DNA of 64,000 nt from Candidatus Saccharimonadales bacterium (GTDB taxonomy: Bacteria; Patescibacteriota; Saccharimonadia; Saccharimonadales; JACQNP01). The position numbers and the translations under genes were made by a program. The stretch is from positions 11,076 to 75,075 of the forward strand of contig JBGSIS010000002.1 of NCBI GenBank assembly GCA_041742395.1, read 5' to 3'. Positions 51,244 through 62,400 of this stretch are shown one piece after another. Under the pieces are notes generated by a model. That model saw nothing but the letters and a program-made list of their open reading frames with translations. It was not told the DNA's origin and did no database searches. The first letter of the stretch is position 1, and each line of letters opens with the position of its first letter.

Positions 51244-52614
51244 CTAATTCCACCCACCAGGTTTGTCTGGTGTAGGTAAAGTTGTTGTTGGTTGTTCAGC
51301 CTTAGGTTTTTCAGTAGTTGGAGGAACAGTTATATGTGGAGGACGAGTCGTTGGAGGAACTGATGTCTGTGGTGGACGAGTTGTTGGAGTTGTTTCTCCT
51401 CCGTCACCATTTCCGTCGTCGCCTTCACCATTACCGCCGTTGCCACCTTCGTCGCCACCTTCACAGCCGCCACCGCATTCGCCGTTAGCTCCACCGTCAG
51501 TTCCACCACCCGTGCCACCGTTTGCGCCGCTTCCGCCGCCACCATTAGCACCAGTTCGGTTTCTACCACTTGTTGTACGATTGTTGCCATTATTCTGATC
51601 GTCTTGGTCCTGAGAATTATCGCCTAAGTTCTCTTGCGGATTAGGTGCTTGTTCTCCTGCAGGGTTTGGTTGATCTGTTTGTTCTGGTTCTTCGACAGGA
51701 ATCTTTCCAATAGCATTAAGAACGTAGAACTGACCAGTTACTTTATCTATAAGAAGCTTCTGATTAGGATCACCACCGCTACCTTCGTATCCACCGCCAT
51801 TTATAACCCAAACTTTGTCTGGACCATCAACAGTAATGTCAACTGGCTTAAATACTGCAACCCACTTGTCACCTTGTTTTTCCCTGTCTACCTTAAAGTA
51901 AGCATCAGAAATTGGATCTTTGTTAAGTTCTGCTCTAGTAGCCATAAATCTAGCTAATTCTTGAGCATCTTTCTGAGCTTCTTCTGGTTTATCTACGTAA
52001 AAGTCTGCTTGAGCTACTTGACTTGATTGAGTATCAAATCCTCTAGCTTTTGCTGCGCCTTCACCTACCATGTTTTCGTACACAGCTGTCATTACAGATA
52101 GACTCAATGCTGAGTTACATGTAATTCCGTCTTTGTCTTCAAAAAAGTAGTTGTTTAAGCTATTCATGTTATTTAAGTTACCGCTAGTTGGCGTAGTGTG
52201 TAGGTCACCAGGGCTAGCTTCTTCGTTTGCGAAAAATGGTCCGTTAGGGAACATTTCCGTTTCACAAGCTTTTTCAGTTTCTGATACACCTGGAGCTGTT
52301 TGCTCTGTATTATCTGAAGCTTGCTCTGATTCGTTATCACTAACACAAGAAACTACAAATACTGCACCCGCAACTATTGCAGCTCCGATCATTAGTCCTC
52401 GTCTTTTCCAGTTAGGTTTTTTTCTTTCATTAGATTTACTTGCTTCGTCACCTGGAACTTGTGGTTCTGGTAAACGTACAAATTCATGTGCACCTACTTC
52501 GGGATCTCCGCCAGTATGAAATTTACTTACGAACCTACCTGAAGGTGTTTCTACCATTTCACCAGTCGGTGGCAAAATGTTTGGTCCTTGTGGCATAATT
52601 TGTTCTCCACTCAT
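51244..52614 (-). CDS. membrane-anchored hypothetical protein with Gly/Asn/Asp-rich and Pro/Thr-rich low-complexity C-terminus
   Basis: TM helix GLMIGAAIVAGAVFVVSCV. Globular middle part. Then GGGGSGANGGTGGGTDGGANGECGGGCEGGDEGGNGGNGEGDDGNGDGG and TTRPPQTSVPPTTRPPHITVPPTT. Ends 22 nt upstream of the LPXTG gene. Confidence 0.65.
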   Translation of the reverse strand: MSGEQIMPQGPNILPPTGEMVETPSGRFVSKFHTGGDPEVGAHEFVRLPEPQVPGDEASKSNERKKPNWKRRGLMIGAAIVAGAVFVVSCVSDNESEQASDNTEQTAPGVSETEKACETEMFPNGPFFANEEASPGDLHTTPTSGNLNNMNSLNNYFFEDKDGITCNSALSLSVMTAVYENMVGEGAAKARGFDTQSSQVAQADFYVDKPEEAQKDAQELARFMATRAELNKDPISDAYFKVDREKQGDKWVAVFKPVDITVDGPDKVWVINGGGYEGSGGDPNQKLLIDKVTGQFYVLNAIGKIPVEEPEQTDQPNPAGEQAPNPQENLGDNSQDQDDQNNGNNRTTSGRNRTGANGGGGSGANGGTGGGTDGGANGECGGGCEGGDEGGNGGNGEGDDGNGDGGETTPTTRPPQTSVPPTTRPPHITVPPTTEKPKAEQPTTTLPTPDKPGGWN

Positions 52615-52913
52615 ATATTCCTCCTATTAAAAGAATTTATTTAGTTATAAATTTGTGATTAAAATTAATATTTATTGATCAGAATAAATTGTTAAAGTCC
52701 ACCTCCGATTTCGTTACTAAATAGGTCAGATAGACCCTTTTGAAACCTCACAAATTCGGTATGTATTTACTTTATCACACTAAAGCTTTTTTGTCAATTG
52801 TTATTACAACTTATTTGACTTTAACACAAGCTTTTTAAGAAACGGTTAATTCTTAATTTGTCGATAATTAAAAAATAGCCATAAATAAAAAGCTGTTTAC
52901 AGATATATTTGAG

Positions 52914-55109
52914 TTACTTTTTTGGGCTAATTTTAGGAGGACTTAGCTTAGCCTTACTAAAGCTGAACCCAAAGGTACTACCTTTATTTTCTTCACTACT
53001 AAATATAATGGCTCCGCCTTGTGTCACTATAACCTTTTTGGCCATAAATAAGCCTAAACCAGTACCATCTGGTCGCGCCTTTTTTGCGTTATTTGCCCTA
53101 AAGAACTTACTAAATAGGTTGTGTTGTTCGTGTTTTGGTACGCCAAGACCGTTATCTGTTACCTTTAGCTCAACACTATCACCTACCTCGTCTAGACTTA
53201 CTTCTATATGGCCACCCTTGGGGGTGTAATATATTGCGTTGTCTATAAAGTTCATAATAACTTGCCTGATTTTTGTCTCATCGAGCATTAACAGAGGAAA
53301 TTCCTTTGGTTTATTGTATTTTAGATCTAATCCTCTGGATTTTGCAGTCTCTACCAGCTGACTAACTTCCCCCTCTACTGTTTCGGCTAGATTAACCTCG
53401 TTAGAATCAATAATAAACTTGCCTGTTCGTAATCTAGACACATTTAATAAATCAGCTATAAGGTAAACCATGCGCTGAGAACTAATGAATGCTTGATCCA
53501 GAAGCTTCTTCTGCATTTCAGTCAAATCACCAGCATCACCTTCTATAACCATGCTCAAATAGCCTTTTACTGATGTAAGCGGTGTTCTGAGTTGATGAGA
53601 AGCCATACTTATGAATTCATCTTTGGTTTCATCTAATTGTTTTAGTTTTTCGTTGGATTTTTTAAGCTCTTTGGTGGCTTCATCGACCTTATCCTGAAGT
53701 GTTATGTTGAATTTCTGGATTTCTTCGAATTGAAGGGCGTTTTGAATTGCTATGGCTAGTTCATTGGAAAGTATCTCTAATGCGCCCAAATCCTGTGAGT
53801 TATACATGTTACCACTCTTTTTATAGCCCATTAAGATATATCCACTACCTTCCACTTTGATGTCAGTAGTCACTCTGGAAACTGCGCCAATGTCTGCATT
53901 CTTTAGAATTTCTTTTAAGTTATTATTGTCTTCTATCAAGTCTGTTACAGCTAGCTTTTCGCTAATATTTTTAACGAAATGCCTGATTTCCTCTACTGTC
54001 TTTAGCTTGAACTCTTTTGTTGACTTCCCTACAATCCTGACTTTATCTTCTTCAGTATCCCTGATTGCAAAAATAACCCACTCGGGTTTTAGGTATGCTT
54101 CAATAACTGCACCTGCTCTTGGTAAAAGTTGATCAGCGTCAATCGTAGATACTATGGCTTTGTTAAAGTCATTTAGTAAGTTCTGTGTATCGTAAGCATC
54201 TCTAAAGAATACTCTTCGTGTTTGTCTATCGAACCATCTTTTAAATGGTGAAAAAGAAACTGCAAGAATTATTGTTATAAATACAAACAACAATCTTTGC
54301 TGAGACTCTGAAAGTGCAGAGTCGCTCAAAAGTTCAGAGAATACTGTTAAAAGAGCTAATGAAGCAGTGGCAATAAATACAATAGAAACTGAATAACCTA
54401 CAGCTCTCGCCACAAAACTACTGATATCAAACAGCTTATGCCTCAGAATTGCATATGCTACCAACGAAGAAAAAACCAACGTTGATATTGGCGCAATCAA
54501 ATCTACTAAATCATTCTCAACGTTAAGAAAAATGCCGCTAACAATCAAGTTACCCAATATAGCAACCACAATACCTATCAGAATCAAATTAATCTGACTT
54601 CTAGCGTTTAAAACCGACCCCTTCTTTGCGTTATAAAGTCGAAAAGAAGCCATTAAATAACAAACTAGAGCAAATACAGTACTAAACAAGTATCCAGGCC
54701 CATAAGCAAACTTTCCTTCGACTACAGTTACTGTAATTGGCAATATTGTAAAGATTGTAACGATAATTAAGGTAGCCGTAAGTAAATTAACCTTAAATCT
54801 GGAAACACTTTGCCTAGTCTGTTGGTAAAACAATGTAAAAAGATAGAAGAACAAAGCGGCTATTGAACCGGTAACTAGTGCGAACCTTGCTACCCATAGT
54901 ATTAAACTACTCGGATTTAAACTTTCAAAAGAAATCGAAAGTAATTGCCAGAGTCCAATATTTACTGCAAAAACTATATATAAATAGTCAGAAATACTTT
55001 TTTCTCTCTTTGAGTAAACAAATAGAACTATTATTGCCGTAACAATAACTGTTAAAATGTATGGGAAAGCAGAAATAAGCATATACAGATAATAGTATAA
55101 ACAACACAA
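52914..55109 (-). CDS. sensor histidine kinase (multi-TM N-domain, GAF-like middle, HisKA + HATPase_c)
   Basis: ~7 TM helices. H-box FISMASHQLRTPLTSVKGY, N-box MNFIDNAIYYTPKGG, G-boxes TDNGLGVP and GTGLGL. The start may be the internal Met 10. Confidence 0.85.
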   Translation of the reverse strand: MCCLYYYLYMLISAFPYILTVIVTAIIVLFVYSKREKSISDYLYIVFAVNIGLWQLLSISFESLNPSSLILWVARFALVTGSIAALFFYLFTLFYQQTRQSVSRFKVNLLTATLIIVTIFTILPITVTVVEGKFAYGPGYLFSTVFALVCYLMASFRLYNAKKGSVLNARSQINLILIGIVVAILGNLIVSGIFLNVENDLVDLIAPISTLVFSSLVAYAILRHKLFDISSFVARAVGYSVSIVFIATASLALLTVFSELLSDSALSESQQRLLFVFITIILAVSFSPFKRWFDRQTRRVFFRDAYDTQNLLNDFNKAIVSTIDADQLLPRAGAVIEAYLKPEWVIFAIRDTEEDKVRIVGKSTKEFKLKTVEEIRHFVKNISEKLAVTDLIEDNNNLKEILKNADIGAVSRVTTDIKVEGSGYILMGYKKSGNMYNSQDLGALEILSNELAIAIQNALQFEEIQKFNITLQDKVDEATKELKKSNEKLKQLDETKDEFISMASHQLRTPLTSVKGYLSMVIEGDAGDLTEMQKKLLDQAFISSQRMVYLIADLLNVSRLRTGKFIIDSNEVNLAETVEGEVSQLVETAKSRGLDLKYNKPKEFPLLMLDETKIRQVIMNFIDNAIYYTPKGGHIEVSLDEVGDSVELKVTDNGLGVPKHEQHNLFSKFFRANNAKKARPDGTGLGLFMAKKVIVTQGGAIIFSSEENKGSTFGFSFSKAKLSPPKISPKK

Positions 55110-55128
55110 GCTTAATTGTCGTCAACAA

Positions 55129-56046
55129 ATGAATAATATTGAATTTAGTATAATTTCTGAAGAAAAAACTAACTCTATATATAAAATAATTAGAGATAGA
55201 GAAAACGATGAATGCAGATCTGATTTAAGCTTGCCTTACTTACTAACATATTGGAGATTAGTTAAGCCGCCAAGATACACTTTTTTAAACAATAATCTAG
55301 TTCTTGAGCTTTATGACCCTGCAATTCCAGGAAATTGTATAGCTATAATTGGAAATGAAAATTTAAACGAAACGATCAATAATATATTTATATACCAGAC
55401 TACTAATAGTTTAAATAATGAGGTTTCAATGTTAAACGAAGAACAAGCTAAACTATTATTAAACTATCCAAAATTTAAAATTAATAATGATACAGATCTG
55501 GACGAATATATAATTAATCTAAATGAATACTGCAATTTAAGAGGTAAAAAATTAAAGTCAAATCGACAAGCAATAAATAATTTTTCAAGAAAATATGGAA
55601 ATAATTTAAACATGGAAATACTGGATAGTATTGATGACTTAATAATAAAATCTTTAGTCAATTCTATGCATATCTGGGAACAGAAAAGATCTACTAATCA
55701 TGATCCATCCGGAACTCAATTAAAGTACCTCGAAAAAATGCTATTAAAGTCTAGTTTGTTAGGCATTAAATGTGCAATTTTAAAATTCAATAACAGCATA
55801 ATTGGTTTTTGTATATTTTCAAAAGTTATCGAAAAAAAATTCGGCATAGCTCATATTGCAATAGTGGACCATACCTTCGTCAATTCATATGATTATTTAG
55901 TGTTTAGAGTGTGCGAGCACCTTAAAAATAATGGATATCAATATCTGAATATAGAAGAAGACATGGGTATTGAAGGAATTAAATTTAAAAAACAGCACAT
56001 GAATCCATGTAGGTATCAAAAAAGATATAGTGTTACTAAGAATTAA
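55129..56046 (+). CDS. DUF2156-like protein (MprF C-terminal / aminoacyl-tRNA-dependent transferase-like GNAT fold)
   Basis: The segment DEYIINLNEYCNLRGKKLKSNRQAINNFSRKYG matches the DYIY...L.G.K....R...N.F pattern of that family, as recalled. A very AT-rich gene. Confidence 0.5.
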   Translation: MNNIEFSIISEEKTNSIYKIIRDRENDECRSDLSLPYLLTYWRLVKPPRYTFLNNNLVLELYDPAIPGNCIAIIGNENLNETINNIFIYQTTNSLNNEVSMLNEEQAKLLLNYPKFKINNDTDLDEYIINLNEYCNLRGKKLKSNRQAINNFSRKYGNNLNMEILDSIDDLIIKSLVNSMHIWEQKRSTNHDPSGTQLKYLEKMLLKSSLLGIKCAILKFNNSIIGFCIFSKVIEKKFGIAHIAIVDHTFVNSYDYLVFRVCEHLKNNGYQYLNIEEDMGIEGIKFKKQHMNPCRYQKRYSVTKN

Positions 56047-56048
56047 AT

Positions 56049-57305
56049 TTAATCGACTATCTTTAATGACTTTATATAATATTTAGCTATCATATCTAGG
56101 TCAACATTTAGCTTTCCATCTAGTTTTATAGCGGTCTCAACTAAATTAGGAACACTGTCATTTGATACGTTTGTACATTCAAATAGAATATTAAATGGAT
56201 TTCCTGATCTAAAGACTAAATCATCCAATAACTCAACAGTCGCAGAAGCAAATCCGTGAGATGTAAAATCTGGATGTGTAGCTAAATATGGAAAATATGC
56301 CCTTTGCTGCTCATTAAAATAATCATCAAAATAATCCGGTCTTAACCAATTGCAATTATCAATATTTTCAATAAATACACAAGAAGTTACGGGTCTGCCT
56401 TCATAAAAATAAACAACGTTAGTTGTTCCTGGGTCTGAGAGTATAGATACAAACTCTTCCCTATCTGGTTCTTGAATAATTGGAAAGTTCTCTGTAAGCC
56501 CATTAAACTGGTCTTCACTAAATCTCCATAGATCATCCTGTAGTTTTGAATCTATAGCAAATTCTTCAGGAGAAACTATGCTTGCTCCATTATATGGGCG
56601 TTTTTCTATCCTACCTTCGTTTACATCCCTGTTGAATACATCTATAAGTCTAGAGTTGGGTTCATTATTAAATTCAATATCTTCGGCTCTGTATGCACGA
56701 CCAATATAATGATTTAGTGAAGCTGGGGTGCCATTTTTTTCATCAATAAAATTGTCTTCTTGAGTAAGTATGCCGCCATTTGAAAGTTTTAATTTTAGTT
56801 CTTCATAAAGCTCAACATCCCTGTCTTCGTACTCGACAATTACTGACCTTATTGAGCTAAGTGTGTCTTTATTAAAAGAATCAATTTGGCTAATTATTTC
56901 TTCTGTGCCAGCAAAGAAAAATATACCGTTAAAGTCATCTTGATCTTTTTTGATGCCAAGTCTTTCTTCGTGAAAGCTCTCATCAAATGAACCGGGCATG
57001 TTTCTAATTGGAATAAACACAGGAAAAGGAACTATCTCACCATCAATATTGATAGTTGTATAAATAGTCTCTGCATCATCTAAACAAGACAACAACTCTT
57101 CCTGTTCTATTCTTATCGATTGTGGGCCTTGATTTGTTAATGACCTTTCGGCGACCCTGGAATAACTACTAACGATTTGTTGTTTCGTCTCTTCTGTAAA
57201 GTCTACTTCTTTTCCAGTGTAAAATACCCCGTCTGTATGCAACTGTCTTATTTCGTGAATATTTATTTCTGTATGTTCCTGGGGTATTTCATGACTTTGA
57301 ATCAT
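56049..57305 (-). CDS. hypothetical protein (418 aa), C-terminal part GNAT-like
   Basis: Convergent with, and 2 nt from, the DUF2156-like gene. The C-terminal YFPYLATHPDFTSHGFASATVELL resembles an acetyltransferase motif A region. This is weak. Confidence 0.5.
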   Translation of the reverse strand: MIQSHEIPQEHTEINIHEIRQLHTDGVFYTGKEVDFTEETKQQIVSSYSRVAERSLTNQGPQSIRIEQEELLSCLDDAETIYTTINIDGEIVPFPVFIPIRNMPGSFDESFHEERLGIKKDQDDFNGIFFFAGTEEIISQIDSFNKDTLSSIRSVIVEYEDRDVELYEELKLKLSNGGILTQEDNFIDEKNGTPASLNHYIGRAYRAEDIEFNNEPNSRLIDVFNRDVNEGRIEKRPYNGASIVSPEEFAIDSKLQDDLWRFSEDQFNGLTENFPIIQEPDREEFVSILSDPGTTNVVYFYEGRPVTSCVFIENIDNCNWLRPDYFDDYFNEQQRAYFPYLATHPDFTSHGFASATVELLDDLVFRSGNPFNILFECTNVSNDSVPNLVETAIKLDGKLNVDLDMIAKYYIKSLKIVD

Positions 57306-57388
57306 AATTTTATTATAGTATCAAATTTCTCTGTATTTGTCAATATCATACTATTGATTTTTTAGTTGTTTTTTGATATAATATATTT

Positions 57389-58042
57389 ATGAATTTACCT
57401 GATTCTTCGGAGGTGATTGAACAGCAACATAGTAAAGTTCAAGACGCAAAACAAGGTTTAGCATTTGCAGCATTAAGATACTTTGATAATGCAGTTTGGG
57501 TTGGTGGTGTAGCCACAGGGCTTTTTTTACAAGATAAGTATAATATACCCGCATCTGTGGTAGCTCCCGCAGTTGGTTTAGGTGTTACATCCATAGAGTA
57601 TGGAGTAAGTGGCAAAGCAATAAAAATATTCAATACCAATGAAGATAGTTCAGAATTTAACAAAGATAACCCCTCCATGATAACTAAATCCATTAAAGAA
57701 ATAGGTGCTCTAACCTACGCTTCATGGGCAGGATCTACAAGTGCCGTCGAAGTAAACAACACTCTTGGTATTGAATCAAGTAAGTTAAGAAGATTTGGTC
57801 AAGCAGCATTTTATGGGCTCGGTATAGCACTATGGACTACTGATATTCCTCCGTACAAACAAGCACGCGAAGCTGCAACTAGTAGTGTTCAATACTGGAT
57901 AGAAAACCCTGTTGAAGGAACAATTATAGGTACCGCAGTATCTCTTGGAATTTTTGGATTATTGCGTGGTATAAAAGCCACAAGACGCAGAATTTCAAAA
58001 CGTAAGAATGACAATAAATTTCAAGATGCTAATAATAATTAA
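57389..58042 (+). CDS. hypothetical integral membrane protein (217 aa)
   Basis: Several hydrophobic helices, and a basic C-terminal tail RRRISKRKNDNK. Confidence 0.55.
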   Translation: MNLPDSSEVIEQQHSKVQDAKQGLAFAALRYFDNAVWVGGVATGLFLQDKYNIPASVVAPAVGLGVTSIEYGVSGKAIKIFNTNEDSSEFNKDNPSMITKSIKEIGALTYASWAGSTSAVEVNNTLGIESSKLRRFGQAAFYGLGIALWTTDIPPYKQAREAATSSVQYWIENPVEGTIIGTAVSLGIFGLLRGIKATRRRISKRKNDNKFQDANNN

Positions 58043-58087
58043 TTATCTGATATAATTCAGGCATAATTTATTGAACATTTTTAAATT

Positions 58088-58130
58088 AAACACCCTTCTC
58101 TAGATCAGATTGTCTAGTGGGGTGTTTTTT
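58088..58130 (+). terminator. rho-independent terminator
   Basis: AAACACCC...GGGTGTTT stem with an inner CTAG/CTAG pairing, followed by TTTTTTG. Confidence 0.55.
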
Positions 58131-58149
58131 GTTTCAAGAAAGGTAAACA

Positions 58150-58557
58150 ATGAAAAGTAAAAAATCACTAAGTTTAGTAGAAGAACATACTGAAGATAAG
58201 AATCATGTTGGAAGACACTTAGTTTCTGATATGTGGAACTGTAAGAATTTAGATGATGACGTAGAAAAACTCGAGAATGTATTATTGAATGCATGTCACG
58301 TTGCAAACGCTACAATATTAGGAGTATCTTCACATAAATTCGAACCACAAGGAGTAACTGTAATGGTCTTACTAGCCGAATCTCACATTTCTCTGCATTC
58401 ATGGCCAGAATACGATTACGTTGCTATTGACGTATTTACATGTGGTCATAATATGAACCCACAAGCAGCCGTAGACTATCTTGAAGATAAACTAAAACCA
58501 ACCAAAGTAGAAACTAGTAAAATTATAAGGGGAAGAAACTATGGAAAAGATACCTAA
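58150..58557 (+). CDS. speH: S-adenosylmethionine decarboxylase proenzyme (small, SpeH type)
   Basis: The segment VMVLLAESHISLHSWPEYDYVAIDVFTCG contains the ES self-cleavage site. 135 aa. Confidence 0.85.
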   Translation: MKSKKSLSLVEEHTEDKNHVGRHLVSDMWNCKNLDDDVEKLENVLLNACHVANATILGVSSHKFEPQGVTVMVLLAESHISLHSWPEYDYVAIDVFTCGHNMNPQAAVDYLEDKLKPTKVETSKIIRGRNYGKDT

Positions 58558-59422
58558 TCTAGATGATAATAACGAATGGTTTACTGAAGCCACCTTACCC
58601 TACTCCGATCCAGTACTAAGAATTTCTTCTAAAATCAGTGACGTTATTTATGATCAAAAATCCGATTTTGGTCATGTTCAAATTTTTGATACTCCATTTT
58701 ACGGTAGAATGCTAACTCTAGATGGAATAATTCAAGTAGCTGAGAAAGATGAGTTTATTTATCACGAAATGATGATTACTCTGCCTGCAATAAAACATGG
58801 TAATCCAAAAAATATACTTATTATTGGAGGAGGTGACGGTGGGGCAGTTAAGCAGGCACTTAGGATTAAAAGTGTCCAGAAGATAGTCATGGTCGAAATT
58901 GACCAATCAGTAATTGATACCTGTCAAACTTTCATACCGTCAATAGCAGATGGCGCCTTAGATGATCCAAGAGTAGAGATAATAATCCAAGACGGAAAAG
59001 ATTATATAGAAAATAGTACAGAGCAGTTTGATTTGATTGCCATGGATTTAACAGACCCTATACCAGGAGGCCCAGCGGCAGATTTATATGAAGAGTCGTT
59101 TTATGCCCAAGTCAAAGAACGTTTAAGTGAAGACGGTTTTCTATCAACACACTGCAGTTCATTAGTTATTCAGCCCGAAGAAGCTAAAACTATGATCCCT
59201 AGACTAAAAAACGTATTTAGAAACGTTAGTCTACATACCGCAGTAATACCAACATACCAATTGACATCTTTTGGGTTTTTAATTGCAAATGATACGTCAA
59301 AGACTATGAGCGACGAAGATATAGATAGGGGATTTAGTAATATATCCGGTGAATCAAAGTATTTATCCAAAGATATGTTTTATGCAAGTTCAGCAGTTCC
59401 GCCCTACTTAGGAATCCAGTAA
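58541..59422 (+). CDS. speE: spermidine synthase
   Basis: Motifs LTLDGIIQ, EFIYHEMM, ILIIGGGDGGAV and DLIAMDLTDP. Overlaps speH by 17 nt. Confidence 0.9.
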   Translation: MEKIPNLDDNNEWFTEATLPYSDPVLRISSKISDVIYDQKSDFGHVQIFDTPFYGRMLTLDGIIQVAEKDEFIYHEMMITLPAIKHGNPKNILIIGGGDGGAVKQALRIKSVQKIVMVEIDQSVIDTCQTFIPSIADGALDDPRVEIIIQDGKDYIENSTEQFDLIAMDLTDPIPGGPAADLYEESFYAQVKERLSEDGFLSTHCSSLVIQPEEAKTMIPRLKNVFRNVSLHTAVIPTYQLTSFGFLIANDTSKTMSDEDIDRGFSNISGESKYLSKDMFYASSAVPPYLGIQ

Positions 59423-59425
59423 AAT

Positions 59426-62400
59426 CTAAAGTTTAGCTGGCAGAGTAATTATTACTTTTGTTCCCTTACCCTCTTTTGATTCAACTTCTATGTTTCCGCC
59501 GTTGTGTTCAGCAATTAGTTTATCAGTGTATAGATCTAGTCCAATACCTTCATAGTCATAATTTAAGACTCCCGTACCTCTTCCGAACGGAGTGAATAAA
59601 TTATCTAATTTATCCTTATTAATACCAACACCATCGTCACTGACTATTATCTTAGTTTTATCTCCCAATACATTACTTATTGATAAGTCTATTTTTCCAC
59701 CTTCGTTGGTAAATTTAATGGAGTTATTCAACAAAGAGCTTACAAGCTGCCTATAGCCTTGCTCATCAACCCTAATATGTACATTCTTGTCTATAGTTTT
59801 AGTGAAGGTTAATTTTTTGATTTTCATAATTTCACCGTAATTGTTTGCTAATTGGTCGGTTATGGAATTAATTGTTGTAGGGTCCAAAAGTTTAGTTCCA
59901 GCAAACTTTGTTATATCACTTATATAAGCTAAACGATGAGACATTTCGTCAATCGACTTTAAGCCTTTACTGAAAATATCACCTTTTGGCATGTTAATTA
60001 TTTCTTTAGAAGAATATTTAAGTTCAAGTGCGTCATTTTCCAGGGTAGCACTAGCATTCCTGATAAAAGTTTCTTGAGATTTAATTAGTGCAATTTCATA
60101 ATTCAATTCTTTGTCAGCTGCAAATGTAGCAAACTTTTGATTCTTATAATTTGTATATGCGAAAACTAAGGCAACAGAACTAAGTCCATAAAATACCAAC
60201 TGCATCAAGAAGTTAGAAGCAGACGGATCATACTTATCTCCTGCTACAAACAATGCATTTGCGAATAATGAAAATGCAAATACTAAGGATATTGGAACTA
60301 TTACCCAGAATCTGAAAGTCTTATTTGAACTAGACGAACCAAACATCGATTTACTCTGGTTCTCTAATTCAGTGTTCAGTTTACTCTCATCAATCAAACT
60401 AGAGACATGTAATGTTAATTTGTTGATGGCACTTTTAATTTTATCTAAAGTGGTATCTGATGCAGCATGCTCGTTCTGCATTAACTCTAATGTTGATTTC
60501 ATTAATGATATAGGAGTATTCAGATAATGTGATATTAGTTTCAAATAATCACTTCTCAATCCTTCTGTTTGATTGTATTTAGCGAATACTTTCTTTATTT
60601 TACTTCTCAAGTTTATTTCCCTGTATGCTTCATAAGCGAAGACGAATGAAAGAATAACTAGAATTGCAATAAAAATATATGGTAATGGCTTAGCCACTTG
60701 CACAGGTATTGGCTGAACTACAACCTTTGAAACGTTGGTTATTCCTGTGGCAATTCTTGCTACAACTGACGATGGCTGTTGTGTTTGGTCATAGTTAGGT
60801 CCATTATCTGTGTTTATGGGTCCAGTTACTGGCTGAGTGGGTTGTTCTTCAGTTGTATTTTGAGCCGGTTCTTCTGTAGTGGTATTTTCTGCAGGTGGAT
60901 TATTGTTTGTTCCGCCGCCTGTGTCAGTTCCACCGCCAGTATCTCCGCCGCCGCCTGTGTCAACAGGTGTAGTGTCGACAGAAACACTACTTAAAACAAC
61001 TGAATTGTCTGTCTGGTAGACATCACCACCGTAAATAACTTCTGCAGTAAAATCGATAGATTGACTAGCTTGTGCTAGTCGAGTACTTCCTACGGCACTT
61101 GCAAAGAGCTGATAAGTATTAATTTTAGCTGTTGACCCGCCGTTCACTTTTAAAGTAAGTGTTTTTGGCTTTGACTGCCTTGGAGCAAAAGACTCATTAC
61201 CCCATCTAATTTTTCCGCCAACTATAGTACCTCCACCCGAATCGTAAAGTGTAGTTCCGCTTGGAATAGTTGCCTCAATGTCAGCTCCCGAAATAGCACC
61301 TCTAGAACCTGGATCAATATTTGCTTTGTTTTCCACAGTTAACGTGTACGTAACCAGTTCACCGGGTTTCACGATTGACTTGTCAGCTGTAACATTTATC
61401 TTTAGATCCTTAAAACATTGAGTTTCTTCGGGCTGAATTACAGGAATACTGCTTATGTTGGTATCTTCAAGTATGTCGTATTCCAGCTCTGAAGTAACGT
61501 TGGTGGTAGTAAAGGCTGAAGAAATATCACATTCGTTAACAATAGATGTTTGGTAGCAATACTGTGCCGGATCTCCACTCATTTCGACTGTTAAGTAAGG
61601 TACATTAGCGTCAAATGCTACAGTATCTGGATCATCCCCCCATGGCGCAGTATTAGCCAGTTCAGCTTCAATATCTACTATGAGTTCATCAGTATTGCCA
61701 GATAACGCAATCGAAGAAATATCTAAGTGTCCCTCGGGTTCTGTCTTTAGGTCAACATTGTTAAAAGTACCGACAACATTTCCACTTTTGTCTTTGACAG
61801 TAACTCTGAAATATCTATAGTCGTAAAGACTAGATTTATCTAATTTTAATTTACCCCAACCTGAAGTTCTTGATTGACCATCACAATATGCATTATCTAA
61901 GTCAGTCTGAGGTGTTATTGTAACGGTCTTCTGAACATGCCTACATGGAGATTCACCTGTATTTGCGTCAAATGACCAAGCAAAGTCATAACCACTAACG
62001 CCAATCATACACTTACCATCAGGTACATAGCTTGAATCAAGCGCATTGCTCTCTCTTACCTCATACCAATAATGAGGAAAACGGAATCCAGAACACGGGG
62101 CCTGAGTTGTCCAGTCGTAACATAATACTGCAGACTTAGAATTAGCGGGTAATAGTGCATTATTGGCTGGTAAATAGTATGACTGATAGAATTTGTTATT
62201 TCCCGATTCGCTGGTTGTGGTGATAGCAGGTCCTGGCTCCCAAGGAACACTTAACCACTGTGACGGTAGCATACCTGGAGGTCGAACGTTTGTGCCATCA
62301 TCAAAATTAGTTCCATCATTAAAATTCAAACAATTTATGCCTGGGTCTACCGTACCTAAAAATGAGCCCGTTATCACACATAAAGACTTGTCAGTTCCAT

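Noticed and set aside
51263-51598. 111-aa plus-strand ORF and the 86-aa minus-strand ORF at 51330..51590, both in the GC-rich patch
   Set aside because: Both fall inside the Gly/Pro-rich repeat-coding part of the 456-aa gene. The repetitive GGN/CCN composition keeps alternative frames open. Their products are pure low-complexity (PPPS..., VVGG...).
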